64,000 nt of DNA from Salinirubellus litoreus (lineage in GTDB: Archaea > Halobacteriota > Halobacteria > Halobacteriales > Haloarculaceae), in assembly GCF_037335815.1 (NCBI RefSeq), contig NZ_CP147841.1, forward strand, positions 1,234,591 to 1,298,590, read 5' to 3'. The position numbers and the translations under genes were made by a program. The notes below the pieces were generated by a model. That model ran no database searches. It saw only the letters and a program-made list of their open reading frames with translations, and was not told the DNA's origin. Positions within the stretch are counted from its first letter, which is position 1; the number at the start of each line of letters is the position of its first letter. Shown here piece after piece: positions 26,558 through 35,620 of the stretch.

Positions 26558-27001
26558 GTGACCGGGCGACCGACCTACAAGCGGCCGTGGCTGGCCGCCA
26601 TGCTGGCGTTCCTCCAGCCCGGACTCGGGCACCTCTACCTGCGGGCGTGGATGCGCGCGCTGCTCTGGTTCGCCCTCTGGATCGGTACGCTCGCCGTGAC
26701 GGTCCCGTCGGTCGGGTCCGGGAGCCTGCTCGCGATCGTCGAGCGGACGCTCGGGGCGCTCGCCGCGCTCCCGACGGGGGCCGCGCTCGCGCTCGGGTCG
26801 ATCACCCTGTTCAGCACGCTCGACGCCTACTGGCTGGCCTCGCGGCTCAACGAGCGCTCCCGCAGGACCGAGCGCGGGGCCGCGAACTGCCCCCACTGCG
26901 GCAGGGAGGTCGACGCGTCCCTCGACTTCTGTCACTGGTGTACCGAACCGATCGACGTCGGCCCCGGGTACGGTGACGGCGAGGAGTCGATCGTACGGTA
27001 G
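26558..27001 (+). CDS. hypothetical membrane protein with C-terminal zinc ribbon
   Basis: two-three TM helices then CPHCGREV...CHWC; GTG start at 26558 (ATG alternative at 26600). Confidence 0.5.
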   Translation: MTGRPTYKRPWLAAMLAFLQPGLGHLYLRAWMRALLWFALWIGTLAVTVPSVGSGSLLAIVERTLGALAALPTGAALALGSITLFSTLDAYWLASRLNERSRRTERGAANCPHCGREVDASLDFCHWCTEPIDVGPGYGDGEESIVR

Positions 27002-27076
27002 CAGGGTCCCGGTGAACGACGGGCGAGCTGATACCTGCTCGCATCGGTCGTTCGAGGAAAGGTCGAGACGGTGTGT

Positions 27077-28465
27077 TCAGTTCGCCGGCTCGATGTTCTG
27101 GTTCACGTGGAAGACGTTCTCCGGGTCGTACTCGGCCTTGACCTCCCGGAGTCGCTCGTAGTTGTCGCCGTAGGTGGCGTGGATCCGGTCCTCTCCCTCT
27201 TCCATCATGAAGTTGACATACGCACCGCCCGCCGAGTGCGGGTGGAGCGCCTCCCAGTAGTCCCGGGCCCAGTCGGTTATCCGCTCGGTCTCGTCCCGAT
27301 CCGAGGCGACGCCAGCCATGACCATCGACCAGGTGGCGTCCCGGTAGCGCCAGGCGGTCTCGTCAGCGTCGACGTCGTGGACGGCACCGTCGATGGGGTA
27401 GAGGTGCATCGTCGACTGGGGGGTCGGCACCTCGGCGAAGCGCTCGTGTGCGGCGATGGCCTCGTCGGTCAGTTCCCGGACGAAGTCGCCCTTCCAGTAC
27501 CAGTGGTCGCCCGGCGGATAGAATCCATCGAACATCGCCTGGAGCGCCGGGTAGGGCATCTCCCCGACGTGCTCGAACAGCGGTTCCGCGACGTCGCGGG
27601 CCGGCCCGAGCACGTCGTCGACGTCCCCGTCTCCCAGGTAGCACCACATCAGCCCGCAGACCTTCTCGCCGTGGATGTCGGTCGGGAATGGGTCACCCGG
27701 GACCTCCGCGACCAGGTAGAAGGCGTAGACGTCCTCGGGCTGCTGTGGGAGCCACTCGCGGTACCACTTCATCGTCGGTTCGAGCTGATCGAGGGGCCAG
27801 AACATCGGCCCGGCGACCACCGTGTCGACGGGGTGGAGCTGGAACTCGAAGCTCGTGACGACGCCGAAGTTGCCGCCACCACCACGCAGCGCCCAGAACA
27901 GGTCCGGGTTCTCCGTCTCGCTGGCGTGGACCAGGCTGCCGTCGGCGAGCACTACGTCCGCGCTCACCAGGTTGTCGCAGGTCAGGCCGTACCTGCGGGT
28001 CAGATAGCCGTGGCCGCCGCCGAGGGCCAGGCCGCCGACGCCGGTCGTCGAGATGATCCCGCTGACCGTCGCCAGCCCGAACCCGTGGGTCGCGTGGTCG
28101 ACGTCGCCCCACGTACAGCCGGGCTCGACGGCCACGGTCATCGCGTCGAGGTCGATGCGGATTCCCGTCATCTCTGACAGGTCGACGACCAGGCCGTCGT
28201 CCACCAGGGACAGGCCGGGGCCGTTGTGTCCCCCGCTACGGATGGCCGTTTCGAGCCCGTGTTCGCGTCCGAAGTTCACCGCCGCGGCGACGTCGGTGAC
28301 GTCCTCGCACATGGCGATCAACGCCGGCTCCCTGTCGATCATCGCGTTGTAGATCGCGCGCGCCTCGTCGAACTCGGGGTCCTCCGGTCGGATCAGTTCC
28401 CCCCGAAGCGCCTCGTCGAACTCCTCGATCGCCGCTTCGTTCGCGTCTCCTGTTGTCGCTGACAT
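27077..28465 (-). CDS. FAD-binding oxidoreductase (FAD-linked oxidase / berberine-bridge-enzyme-like, PCMH-type)
   Basis: ATG verified at complement 28463-28465; RSGGHNGPGLS FAD-binding PCMH motif, C-terminal BBE-like domain (NVFHVNQNI). Confidence 0.8.
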   Translation of the reverse strand: MSATTGDANEAAIEEFDEALRGELIRPEDPEFDEARAIYNAMIDREPALIAMCEDVTDVAAAVNFGREHGLETAIRSGGHNGPGLSLVDDGLVVDLSEMTGIRIDLDAMTVAVEPGCTWGDVDHATHGFGLATVSGIISTTGVGGLALGGGHGYLTRRYGLTCDNLVSADVVLADGSLVHASETENPDLFWALRGGGGNFGVVTSFEFQLHPVDTVVAGPMFWPLDQLEPTMKWYREWLPQQPEDVYAFYLVAEVPGDPFPTDIHGEKVCGLMWCYLGDGDVDDVLGPARDVAEPLFEHVGEMPYPALQAMFDGFYPPGDHWYWKGDFVRELTDEAIAAHERFAEVPTPQSTMHLYPIDGAVHDVDADETAWRYRDATWSMVMAGVASDRDETERITDWARDYWEALHPHSAGGAYVNFMMEEGEDRIHATYGDNYERLREVKAEYDPENVFHVNQNIEPAN

Positions 28466-28661
28466 AGTGATCTCCGTCTCCCGCGCTCGTCTCCACAGGT
28501 CCTCGCCCGCTCTACTCGGCACGGCGAGCGCTACTTCTCACTTCATAATTATCTATAGTTAATGTTTTCGTGTCGTAGAATATACTCGATATTTCGGCGC
28601 AGGCACAAAGGTTCGTGCGAAGGGGGGAGGCCGGAGAGTCCTCGAGCCCTCTCCGGTGTGC

Positions 28662-29837
28662 TCAGGACGAAACCGCGGTGGGCCGCTCGCTCGCGACGCG
28701 ACCGGCCAGATCCGGCGCTCCGAGCGGGAGTTCGACGGTGAACGTGCTCCCGTCCGGGCCGGTGTCGGTCAGTTCGATGGTTCCGCCGTACGAGTCGACC
28801 AGTACCGACACGAGGTAGAGGCCGATCCCGTGGTCCGCGCCGCCGAGGTCCGGTCGAGTGAACAGGGTGTCGGCGGCCCCGTCGGGGATGCCGGATCCGT
28901 CGTCGGTGATCTCGACGGCGACCGCGTCGATGGCCGCCTCGACGACCACGGAGACGTGCGGCGTGTCGCCGCCGTTGTGCTCGACCGCGTTCGAGAGCAG
29001 GTTCCAGAACACGCGCGGGAGCAGTGCGTTCGCCCGGACACGGACCCCGTCGGGGACGTCCGTCTCGACTTCGACCCGCTCGTACCGCTCCTCCAGCTTC
29101 TCTACCTCCTCGGCGAGCACGTCGCCGAGATCGACCGACTCCAGCTCTGACTCGCCGGCCATCGCGTTCAGCAGCACTCGGACGTCGCGTATCACGGCGG
29201 CCATGTCCTCGCTCTGGCGGTGGATCGTCTCGCTGTAGTCGTGGGTCCGGTCGCCCGGGGAGTGCTCGTCCATCAGGGTCGCGGCGTAGCCGGAGACGAC
29301 GTTCGCGGCGTTGATGACCTCGTGTCGGAGGAGGCCGTTGAGGTACTCGAGGAGGTCGCGCTGGGATTCGAGGTGCTCGGCCTCCAGCGCCGCACGTTCG
29401 GCCTCGATGGCACTGTGGATCGCCCGCTCCTCGGAGACACCCACGAGGACGCCGATGCCGCCGCCGATGGCGACCGCCCAGCGCGCCCAGGCGACGGCGA
29501 TCCACGGGTCGACGGGGATGACCGCCATGAGCGCGAGGTTGATCGCGAGGAAGCTGATCGTCCCACCGGCGGTCCACGCCCCGACCCGGGAGTAGCGTCC
29601 GGGGCCGAGGTCGCTCCGTTCGAGCCAGTAGCCGGCGTATCCGAGCAGGACGACGAACGGTACGGTCGTGAGCAGGCCGATGAGGAACTCGTCCGCGAAG
29701 ACCGCCGGGGCGTTCGGCCCAGCGACTCCGAGGGCACGGAGGAGGATCTCACCGGCGGTGACGAACGCGAGGGCGACTGCGAACCCCAGGAGGTACCGGG
29801 GGGTACGGTGGTCCGCCGATAGAAGCGCGTTCGCCAT
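28662..29837 (-). CDS. membrane-bound sensor histidine kinase (no cognate response regulator adjacent)
   Basis: ATG at complement 29835-29837; 5-6 TM helices, H-box LRHEVINAANVV, HATPase_c N/G1/G2 boxes (NLLSNAVEHN, DDGSGIP, GIGLYLV). Confidence 0.8.
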   Translation of the reverse strand: MANALLSADHRTPRYLLGFAVALAFVTAGEILLRALGVAGPNAPAVFADEFLIGLLTTVPFVVLLGYAGYWLERSDLGPGRYSRVGAWTAGGTISFLAINLALMAVIPVDPWIAVAWARWAVAIGGGIGVLVGVSEERAIHSAIEAERAALEAEHLESQRDLLEYLNGLLRHEVINAANVVSGYAATLMDEHSPGDRTHDYSETIHRQSEDMAAVIRDVRVLLNAMAGESELESVDLGDVLAEEVEKLEERYERVEVETDVPDGVRVRANALLPRVFWNLLSNAVEHNGGDTPHVSVVVEAAIDAVAVEITDDGSGIPDGAADTLFTRPDLGGADHGIGLYLVSVLVDSYGGTIELTDTGPDGSTFTVELPLGAPDLAGRVASERPTAVSS

Positions 29838-29954
29838 CTGCTTTTCCGGTTTCCTGCCGCCTCGTATATACGTCCGCTTCGTCTCACGCAACGTGTCTCG
29901 CGCGGACGAACCCGAACCGACCGGCGTACCGCCCGACGTCCGGTGACGATCCCG

Positions 29955-31127
29955 CTACTTCTCGATGATGTTCTCCTCGACGGCCTCGCCGAAGTGCCGC
30001 GCGGTATCCTCGTAGTAGACGAGCATCTCGTCGCCCACCTCGAGGTCGGTCACCGCCTTGCGACCCTCCCGGGTGGCCACCTTGATCGTCTCGGCGTTCT
30101 GGAGCAGCGTCTCGATGCGGTCGCCGCCCTCGGTCTCGGCCTGGACGCGGAACATCGGTCGTCGCTCGATCTTCACCCGTCCCACGAGCGCCTCGCGGGT
30201 CTTCCCGGACGTGTCGACGACCTGCACCTCGTCGCCCGAGCCGAGTTCGGCGAGGTACTTCGTCTCGCCGCCGGGCGAGCGGACGTAGGCGTGGACCGCG
30301 CCCGCGTTTACGCGGAACGGGCGCGAGGCGACGTACGGCGACTCCGCCGTCTCGGCGTGGACGAAGAACAGCCCCCGCGCCATCGACCCGACGAGCATCC
30401 CCTCGTCCTCCGCGAACATCGAGGCCGTATCGACACAGACCCGGTCGGCGCTGCCCGTCTGCTCGATCTCGGTGACGGTGGCGTACTCCAGATCGAGCGT
30501 CTCGCGGTCGGCCTCCTCGCGCAGACGGACCGTCTCCCGTATCTCGTCGGCGTCGTCCGTGTCGAGGAGGACGCCGTCGGCACCGAGTTCGAGCGTCTCG
30601 AACGCCGTCCGGGCCTCCTCGGCCGACCGGACGCCCGCCACGAGGCTCGTCTCCTCGCCGATGCGCGCGATGAGGTTCTCCAGGGGGATGATCTTCCAGT
30701 CCTCGCCGACGACGAGCGTGTACTCGGCGTCGGCGGCCGCCGCCTCCGCGAACGCCTCGTGGTCCGGGCTCGTGATCCGAACGTAGGATCCCTGCGCGGC
30801 CTGGTCCGACCGCCGGAGGGTGGTCAGATCGGCGCTCCCCGAGAGATCGCTCGGCAGGTCGATGGTGCCGTCGCCCTCCCCACCCTTGCCGACGACGAGG
30901 AGATCCGGTTCGGCCTCCTCGCCACCCTCGGCGTCCATCACGTGGACGTCGTCGCCGGCGAACGCCGCGACGTTCACTCGACCCAGTTCGCGGACCTTCG
31001 CCACGTCGTGCCGGTCGACGAGAACCCAGTCGACGCCCGCCTCCAGTCCGGCGGTGATGCGCCGCTTGCGGGCCTCCCAGTCGCCCACCTCGTCGTCGGC
31101 CTTCAGCCAGACGGTCCGATCTGTCAT
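29955..31127 (-). CDS. 3-dehydroquinate synthase II (archaeal-type, aroB')
   Basis: 390 aa; archaeal DHQS-II family architecture (MTDRTVWLKADDEVGDWEARKRRITAGLEAGVDWVL...); shikimate pathway partner of aroD 3.5 kb upstream. Confidence 0.8.
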   Translation of the reverse strand: MTDRTVWLKADDEVGDWEARKRRITAGLEAGVDWVLVDRHDVAKVRELGRVNVAAFAGDDVHVMDAEGGEEAEPDLLVVGKGGEGDGTIDLPSDLSGSADLTTLRRSDQAAQGSYVRITSPDHEAFAEAAAADAEYTLVVGEDWKIIPLENLIARIGEETSLVAGVRSAEEARTAFETLELGADGVLLDTDDADEIRETVRLREEADRETLDLEYATVTEIEQTGSADRVCVDTASMFAEDEGMLVGSMARGLFFVHAETAESPYVASRPFRVNAGAVHAYVRSPGGETKYLAELGSGDEVQVVDTSGKTREALVGRVKIERRPMFRVQAETEGGDRIETLLQNAETIKVATREGRKAVTDLEVGDEMLVYYEDTARHFGEAVEENIIEK

Positions 31128-31385
31128 GTCTGTCCGGGGGGTCGAGGGGTCCCGTATTTAAGGTGGCGAACGCACTCCCCGAGGTCAGGTCCGGAACGGG
31201 GCCGTCGGAGGCAGCTTCACCGCCCGCACGTACGGCGGCTGTTCCGCTCGCCCGCCACGTCGTCTCGATCACCGAGAGTGCCAGTTCCCGACGGTCCGCC
31301 CGCGGAACGGCGCGCGCGGTGGCCTGCGCCGACCGTAAACCCCCTCGGTGCCAACTCTTATACCCGTCTTCTCCGTACGTCTACT

Positions 31386-32615
31386 ATGCTCATCCCGTTG
31401 CAGACGGGTATCGCCCTCCCCGTGGTCGCGCTCGTACTGCTGGCCATCGCCATCGTCGCGGTCTACCAGGCGGTGGAGATCGTCAACGCCTACGAGAAGC
31501 GCGCGCTGACGGTGTTCGGGGAGTACCGCAAACTCCTCGAACCCGGCATCAGCTTCATCCCGCCGTTCGTCTCCCGCACCTACGCGTTCGACATGCGGAC
31601 CCAGACCCTGGACGTCCCGCGCCAGGAGGCCATCACGCGGGACAACTCGCCGGTGACCGCCGACGCCGTCGTCTACATCAAGGTGATGGACGCGAAGAAG
31701 GCGTTCCTCGAGGTCGACGACTACAAGCGCGCCGTCTCCAACCTCGCCCAGACGACCCTCCGGGCGGTGCTGGGCGACATGGAACTCGACGACACGCTCA
31801 ACAAGCGCGGTGAGATCAACGCCCGCATCCGTCGCGAACTCGACGAGCCCACCGACGAGTGGGGGGTCCGCGTCGAGAGCGTCGAGGTCCGGGAGGTCAA
31901 CCCCTCCCAGGACGTCCAGCAGGCGATGGAGCAGCAGACCTCCGCCGAGCGCCGCCGCCGTGCCATGATCCTCGAGGCGCAGGGTGAACGCCGCTCCGCC
32001 ATCGAGACCGCCGAAGGTGACAAGCAGTCGAACATCATCCGCGCCCAGGGTGAGAAGCAGTCCCAGATCCTCGAGGCGCAGGGTGACGCCATCTCGACGG
32101 TCCTCCGGGCGAAGTCCGCCGAGTCGATGGGCGAACGGGCGGTCATCGACAAGGGGATGGAGACGCTCGCGGAGATCGGTCAGAGCGAGTCGACCACGTT
32201 CGTCCTGCCCCAGGAGCTCACCTCGCTCGTCGGCCGCTACGGCAAGCACCTCACCGGAAGCGACGTGAAGACCGACGGCCAGCTCCTCGACAGCATGGAC
32301 TTCGACGAGGAGACCCGCGAGATGCTCGGCCTCGACGACATCGAGGAGATCCTCGGGCAGATCGACGAGGAGGCCGAGATCGACACCGAGGCGATGGAGC
32401 AGGAGGCCGAAGCCATCAAGCAGGGTGCGGACCCGACGGATATCCGGAGCGCCGACGAGGTGATCGAGGAGATGGACGACGAGATGCCCGAACCGGACGT
32501 CCCCGAGCCCGAATCGGAGTCGGAGCCCGAACCGGAGTCCGGGACGGACGACACGGCCGCCGAGGACGGCGCGGCCGACGGGGAGGAGTCGAAGCGCGAG
32601 CCCGAACCGGAGTGA
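31386..32615 (+). CDS. SPFH/band-7 (stomatin/prohibitin-like) membrane protein with acidic C-terminal tail
   Basis: ATG at 31386; N-terminal TM, SPFH core (IPPFVSRTYAFDMRTQTLDVPRQEAITRDNSPVTADAVVYIKV), coiled-coil EAQG repeats, long D/E-rich tail; track ORF 29943..32615 upstream part is junk. Confidence 0.85.
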   Translation: MLIPLQTGIALPVVALVLLAIAIVAVYQAVEIVNAYEKRALTVFGEYRKLLEPGISFIPPFVSRTYAFDMRTQTLDVPRQEAITRDNSPVTADAVVYIKVMDAKKAFLEVDDYKRAVSNLAQTTLRAVLGDMELDDTLNKRGEINARIRRELDEPTDEWGVRVESVEVREVNPSQDVQQAMEQQTSAERRRRAMILEAQGERRSAIETAEGDKQSNIIRAQGEKQSQILEAQGDAISTVLRAKSAESMGERAVIDKGMETLAEIGQSESTTFVLPQELTSLVGRYGKHLTGSDVKTDGQLLDSMDFDEETREMLGLDDIEEILGQIDEEAEIDTEAMEQEAEAIKQGADPTDIRSADEVIEEMDDEMPEPDVPEPESESEPEPESGTDDTAAEDGAADGEESKREPEPE

Positions 32616-32685
32616 GCCGGCCCGACCGAGGGCGGCGCGCGAACAGGCAAAGGGGTTTTACCGCGGAGCCCGAATAGGCGGACGT

Positions 32686-33306
32686 ATGGGAGAGGAGCGG
32701 GGGGTAGACGAGTCCAAGCGGTCGACGCTCCGGCGGTTCGCGGCGCTCGGAGCGGCGAGCCCCCTGACGCGACTCGCCGGCGACGGATCGAGCGGTAGCG
32801 CCTCGAGTTCGAACGTCCGCGACGCCATCCTCGGTTACCTGGCGACGACGCCCGGCGCGCACTTCTCGAAGCTCCGCGACGACCTCAAACTCGGGACCGG
32901 CGAGACCCAGCACCACCTCCGCCGGCTCGAGGAGCGCGGGACCGTCGAGTCCAGACGCGACGGCGACTACCGCCGGTTCTTCCCCGCCGGGCGCTTCTCG
33001 GCGTTCGAGCAGGACGCGCTCGGCTACCTCCGGCGCGGGACCGCCCGGGGGATGGTGCTCGCGCTCCTTCGCGACCCGGACGCCTCGGGCGGTGACCTCG
33101 CCGAGACCCTGGACGTCTCGCGCTCGACCGTCTCGAAGTACGCGGCCGAACTCGACTCGGCGGGTCTGCTCTCCCGCGAGGACGGCTACGCGCTCGAACG
33201 GCCGGAAGCCCTGCTGATGCTCGTCGTCAGGTACGCGGACTCGTTCGGACCCGACGCCGTCGCGTTCGCGAGCGAGGCCGCCGAGTACGTGAGATACGAC
33301 GGCTGA
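32686..33306 (+). CDS. winged helix-turn-helix DNA-binding protein (two wHTH-like segments)
   Basis: ATG verified at 32686; HFSKLRDDLKLGTGETQHHLRRLEERGTVES and GGDLAETLDVSRSTVSKYAAELDSAGLL wHTH segments; N-terminal SKRSTLRRFAALGAAS twin-arginine-like motif. Confidence 0.6.
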   Translation: MGEERGVDESKRSTLRRFAALGAASPLTRLAGDGSSGSASSSNVRDAILGYLATTPGAHFSKLRDDLKLGTGETQHHLRRLEERGTVESRRDGDYRRFFPAGRFSAFEQDALGYLRRGTARGMVLALLRDPDASGGDLAETLDVSRSTVSKYAAELDSAGLLSREDGYALERPEALLMLVVRYADSFGPDAVAFASEAAEYVRYDG

Positions 33307-33371
33307 GGCGTGCGATCACGCGGGACGGTCGAGCGTGCGGGGGAGGGCCGAATCGGGGATGGAGGCGGACT

Positions 33372-33450
33372 GTACGGACGGTTGTAGTCTTTTACCGATG
33401 ACCGCCGACCCGACCGGACGATCATCGGTACATCGTTACACCCGTCCGTA
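33372..33450. repeat. nested-hairpin element at convergent gene junction (copy 1); partner at 35531-35620
   Basis: outer stem TACGGACGG (33373-33381)/CCGTCCGTA (33442-33450), inner stem TACCGATGA (33393-33401)/TCATCGGTA (33422-33430), 20-nt loop CCGCCGACCCGACCGGACGA; abuts stop codon of minus-strand gene (TCA at 33451). Confidence 0.5.
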
Positions 33451-33693
33451 TCAGACCGTCACCTTCCAGGTCGTCCCCGAGGAGTAGCCCCACTTCTCGA
33501 CCTCGACGTCGAACTCGCCGTCGCGGATAGCGGTCATGTTCGTCCCGACCTCCTTCGCCGAGAGCCCGAGCTCCTCGCCGATGAGCCGTGACTTGAAGTA
33601 GGTCTTCATCGCCGCCTGCTCCCGCAGGTACTGGAGGATTCGTCGCTGCTTGTCGGTCAGGTCCCCGCCGGTCGCCGCCGCGGTGGCGCTCAT
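33451..33693 (-). CDS. small HTH-like haloarchaeal protein (80 aa)
   Basis: MSATAAATGGDLTDKQRRILQYLREQAAMKTYFKSRLIGEELGLSAKEVGTNMTAIRDGEF... HTH segment, ATG start. Confidence 0.55.
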   Translation of the reverse strand: MSATAAATGGDLTDKQRRILQYLREQAAMKTYFKSRLIGEELGLSAKEVGTNMTAIRDGEFDVEVEKWGYSSGTTWKVTV

Positions 33694-33895
33694 GGAGATA
33701 CGGTGGGGACGACCACACCTATACGGTTTGGTACGTCGGGTAAAACGCCGCGCAGTCGTGCGATTTCGTCCGAAATACCGCAGCCAGTCACCCCTGCATC
33801 CCGCGGCTCCCCGGTCGGACGGGGGGGCTTGGTACGGCAGGGAAACGCCCGATCCGACGGGTGCACGGTCGGGGTTCGGGACCGGTCCGAGCGGA

Positions 33896-34954
33896 TCAGA
33901 TGACGTCGGTCACCGTCGCGGCCTCGACGGCCGCCTCCTCGCTGACGCCGTCGCCGAGGATGGTGTAGCGGTCGCGGATGGAGTGTGCGGTGGTCATCGC
34001 CTCGACCATCGTCTCGGGATCGACGCCGAGCCCCTCCGCGGTGGTCGGCGCGCCGATGCTCCGCAGGGCGTCCCGCACCTGTCGCCACTCGCCGTCCTCG
34101 CCGCTGTGGAGGTACTCGGTGAGTATCGATCCGACGCCGACCTGGTGGCCGTGGAGCGCCTGCCCGGGCGCGATGCGGTCGAGCTGGTGGGAGATGAGGT
34201 GCTCCGCGCCCGACGCCGGCCGGGAGGAGCCCGCGATGGACATCGCCACACCCGAGGAGACCAGCGCCTTGACGACCACCCACGCGCTCTCCTCTAACCC
34301 CTGTTTGATCGAGTCCGCGTTGCCGACGAGCATCTCGGCGGTCATCTGCGAGAGCGCGCCCGCGTACTCGGAGTACTCGACGTTCTTGAGCCGGTGGGCG
34401 AGCTGCCAGTCCTTCACCGCGGTGTAGTTCGAGATGATGTCCGCACACCCCGCGGTCGTGAGCCGCCAGGGGGCGTCGGCGAGCACCTCCGTGTCGGCGA
34501 TGACGGCTACCGGTGGGTCGGCCGCGACCGAGTGGCGGGTGTCCCCCTCCGGGACGCTCCCGCGCCCGGAGACGATGCCGTCGTGGCTCGCCGCCGTCGG
34601 GACGGAGACGAGCGCGCGGTCGACGCGGTCGGCCGCCATCTTCGCGATGTCGATGGGCTTGCCGCCGCCGATGCCGACGAGGAATCCCACCTCCTCGCGC
34701 TCGGCCCGCTCGATGACCCGCTCGACCTCCGCGAACGAGGCGTCCTCGACGACGATCCGGACGGGGTCGTGGCCGGCGTCGGCGAACGCCGCGGCCACCC
34801 GGTCGCCGGCGAGCTCGTTCGGCGTCGGCGAGGTGACGACCAGCGGCCGGCCGTCGAGGTAGAGGTCCTCGACCGCCTCGACGGTCCGGTCGAGGACGCC
34901 GTGACCCACCACCACGTCCCGCGGGAGGCGGATCCACGTCGATTTCCGGAACAT
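33896..34954 (-). CDS. egsA: sn-glycerol-1-phosphate dehydrogenase [NAD(P)+] (archaeal lipid backbone synthesis)
   Basis: ATG verified; 352 aa; GIGGGKPIDIAK glycine-rich NAD(P)-binding loop and DHQS-like fold His ligands (HGHQVG) typical of G1PDH. Confidence 0.85.
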   Translation of the reverse strand: MFRKSTWIRLPRDVVVGHGVLDRTVEAVEDLYLDGRPLVVTSPTPNELAGDRVAAAFADAGHDPVRIVVEDASFAEVERVIERAEREEVGFLVGIGGGKPIDIAKMAADRVDRALVSVPTAASHDGIVSGRGSVPEGDTRHSVAADPPVAVIADTEVLADAPWRLTTAGCADIISNYTAVKDWQLAHRLKNVEYSEYAGALSQMTAEMLVGNADSIKQGLEESAWVVVKALVSSGVAMSIAGSSRPASGAEHLISHQLDRIAPGQALHGHQVGVGSILTEYLHSGEDGEWRQVRDALRSIGAPTTAEGLGVDPETMVEAMTTAHSIRDRYTILGDGVSEEAAVEAATVTDVI

Positions 34955-35171
34955 ACCCGAGATGACGGCGGCACGCGTTTAACGGTTCCCTCCCCTCGCT
35001 CCGTTCGTCCGTCACGAGGGGTCGCTACGCGGTCCCTCGAACGGCTCCGATCGCTCACCGCCACTCGACCGAACCGAGCGCGACCACCGAACACGCCGTC
35101 TCGCCCTCCAGTCGGCCGGCGAGCGCCCGTGCCGGCCGAAAGCTGTTAGTAGTCCTACCTTTGATGCTAAC

Positions 35172-35519
35172 GTGCCGGGCGTGGTCTCGGGGGGACGCTC
35201 CACGACCGGGGGGAACGTGGAGGAGAACGAGAACGATCGGCAGGTGTCGGGACGGAGGACGGCGCCGGGAGCCCTCTACGCCAGTGCGGACGCCGTCGCG
35301 GTCGACTTCACCCGCGACGGGTACCGTACGGTGTTCGTGGAGGTCGGACCGGACGCCGACGAGGAGTGGCGACTGGTGGCCGAACGGCTCGGGTACACCG
35401 TCGAGGGGCCGGGCACGGACGTCTACCGGCGGTGGCGGGTCGAGGAGTGGTGGGAGGGTTCGGCCGAGGCCGTTCACGTCCTCCGGCTGGACCCCGACCG
35501 CGAGCCGCTGCGGCTGTAG
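35172..35519 (+). CDS. hypothetical small acidic protein
   Basis: GTG start (35172 or 35218); C-terminal 80 aa GC3-rich and acidic (DFTRDGYRTVFVEVGPDADEEWRLVAERLGYTVEGPGTDVYRRWRVEEWWEG). Confidence 0.35.
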   Translation: MPGVVSGGRSTTGGNVEENENDRQVSGRRTAPGALYASADAVAVDFTRDGYRTVFVEVGPDADEEWRLVAERLGYTVEGPGTDVYRRWRVEEWWEGSAEAVHVLRLDPDREPLRL

Positions 35520-35530
35520 TCACGGCGCTC

Positions 35531-35620
35531 GTACGGACGGCTGTAGTCCTCTACCGGTGACCGTCGGCCCCGCCCGGACGAGCCCGGTGGTCACTTGGTA
35601 GATCGCCACGACCGTGCGTA
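35531..35620. repeat. nested-hairpin element at convergent gene junction (copy 2)
   Basis: GTACGGACGG...CCGTGCGTA outer stem (8/9), TACCGGTGACC...GGTCAC-TT-GGTA inner stem with compensatory substitutions relative to copy 1; flanked by GCTGTAGTC as in copy 1 (GTTGTAGTC); abuts stop of epimerase gene (TCA 35621). Confidence 0.5.

Noticed and set aside
29943-32615. 890-aa ORF
   Set aside because: Only the C-terminal 409 aa (SPFH/band-7 protein from ATG 31386) is credible. The upstream portion is the shadow of the minus-strand 3-dehydroquinate synthase II gene.
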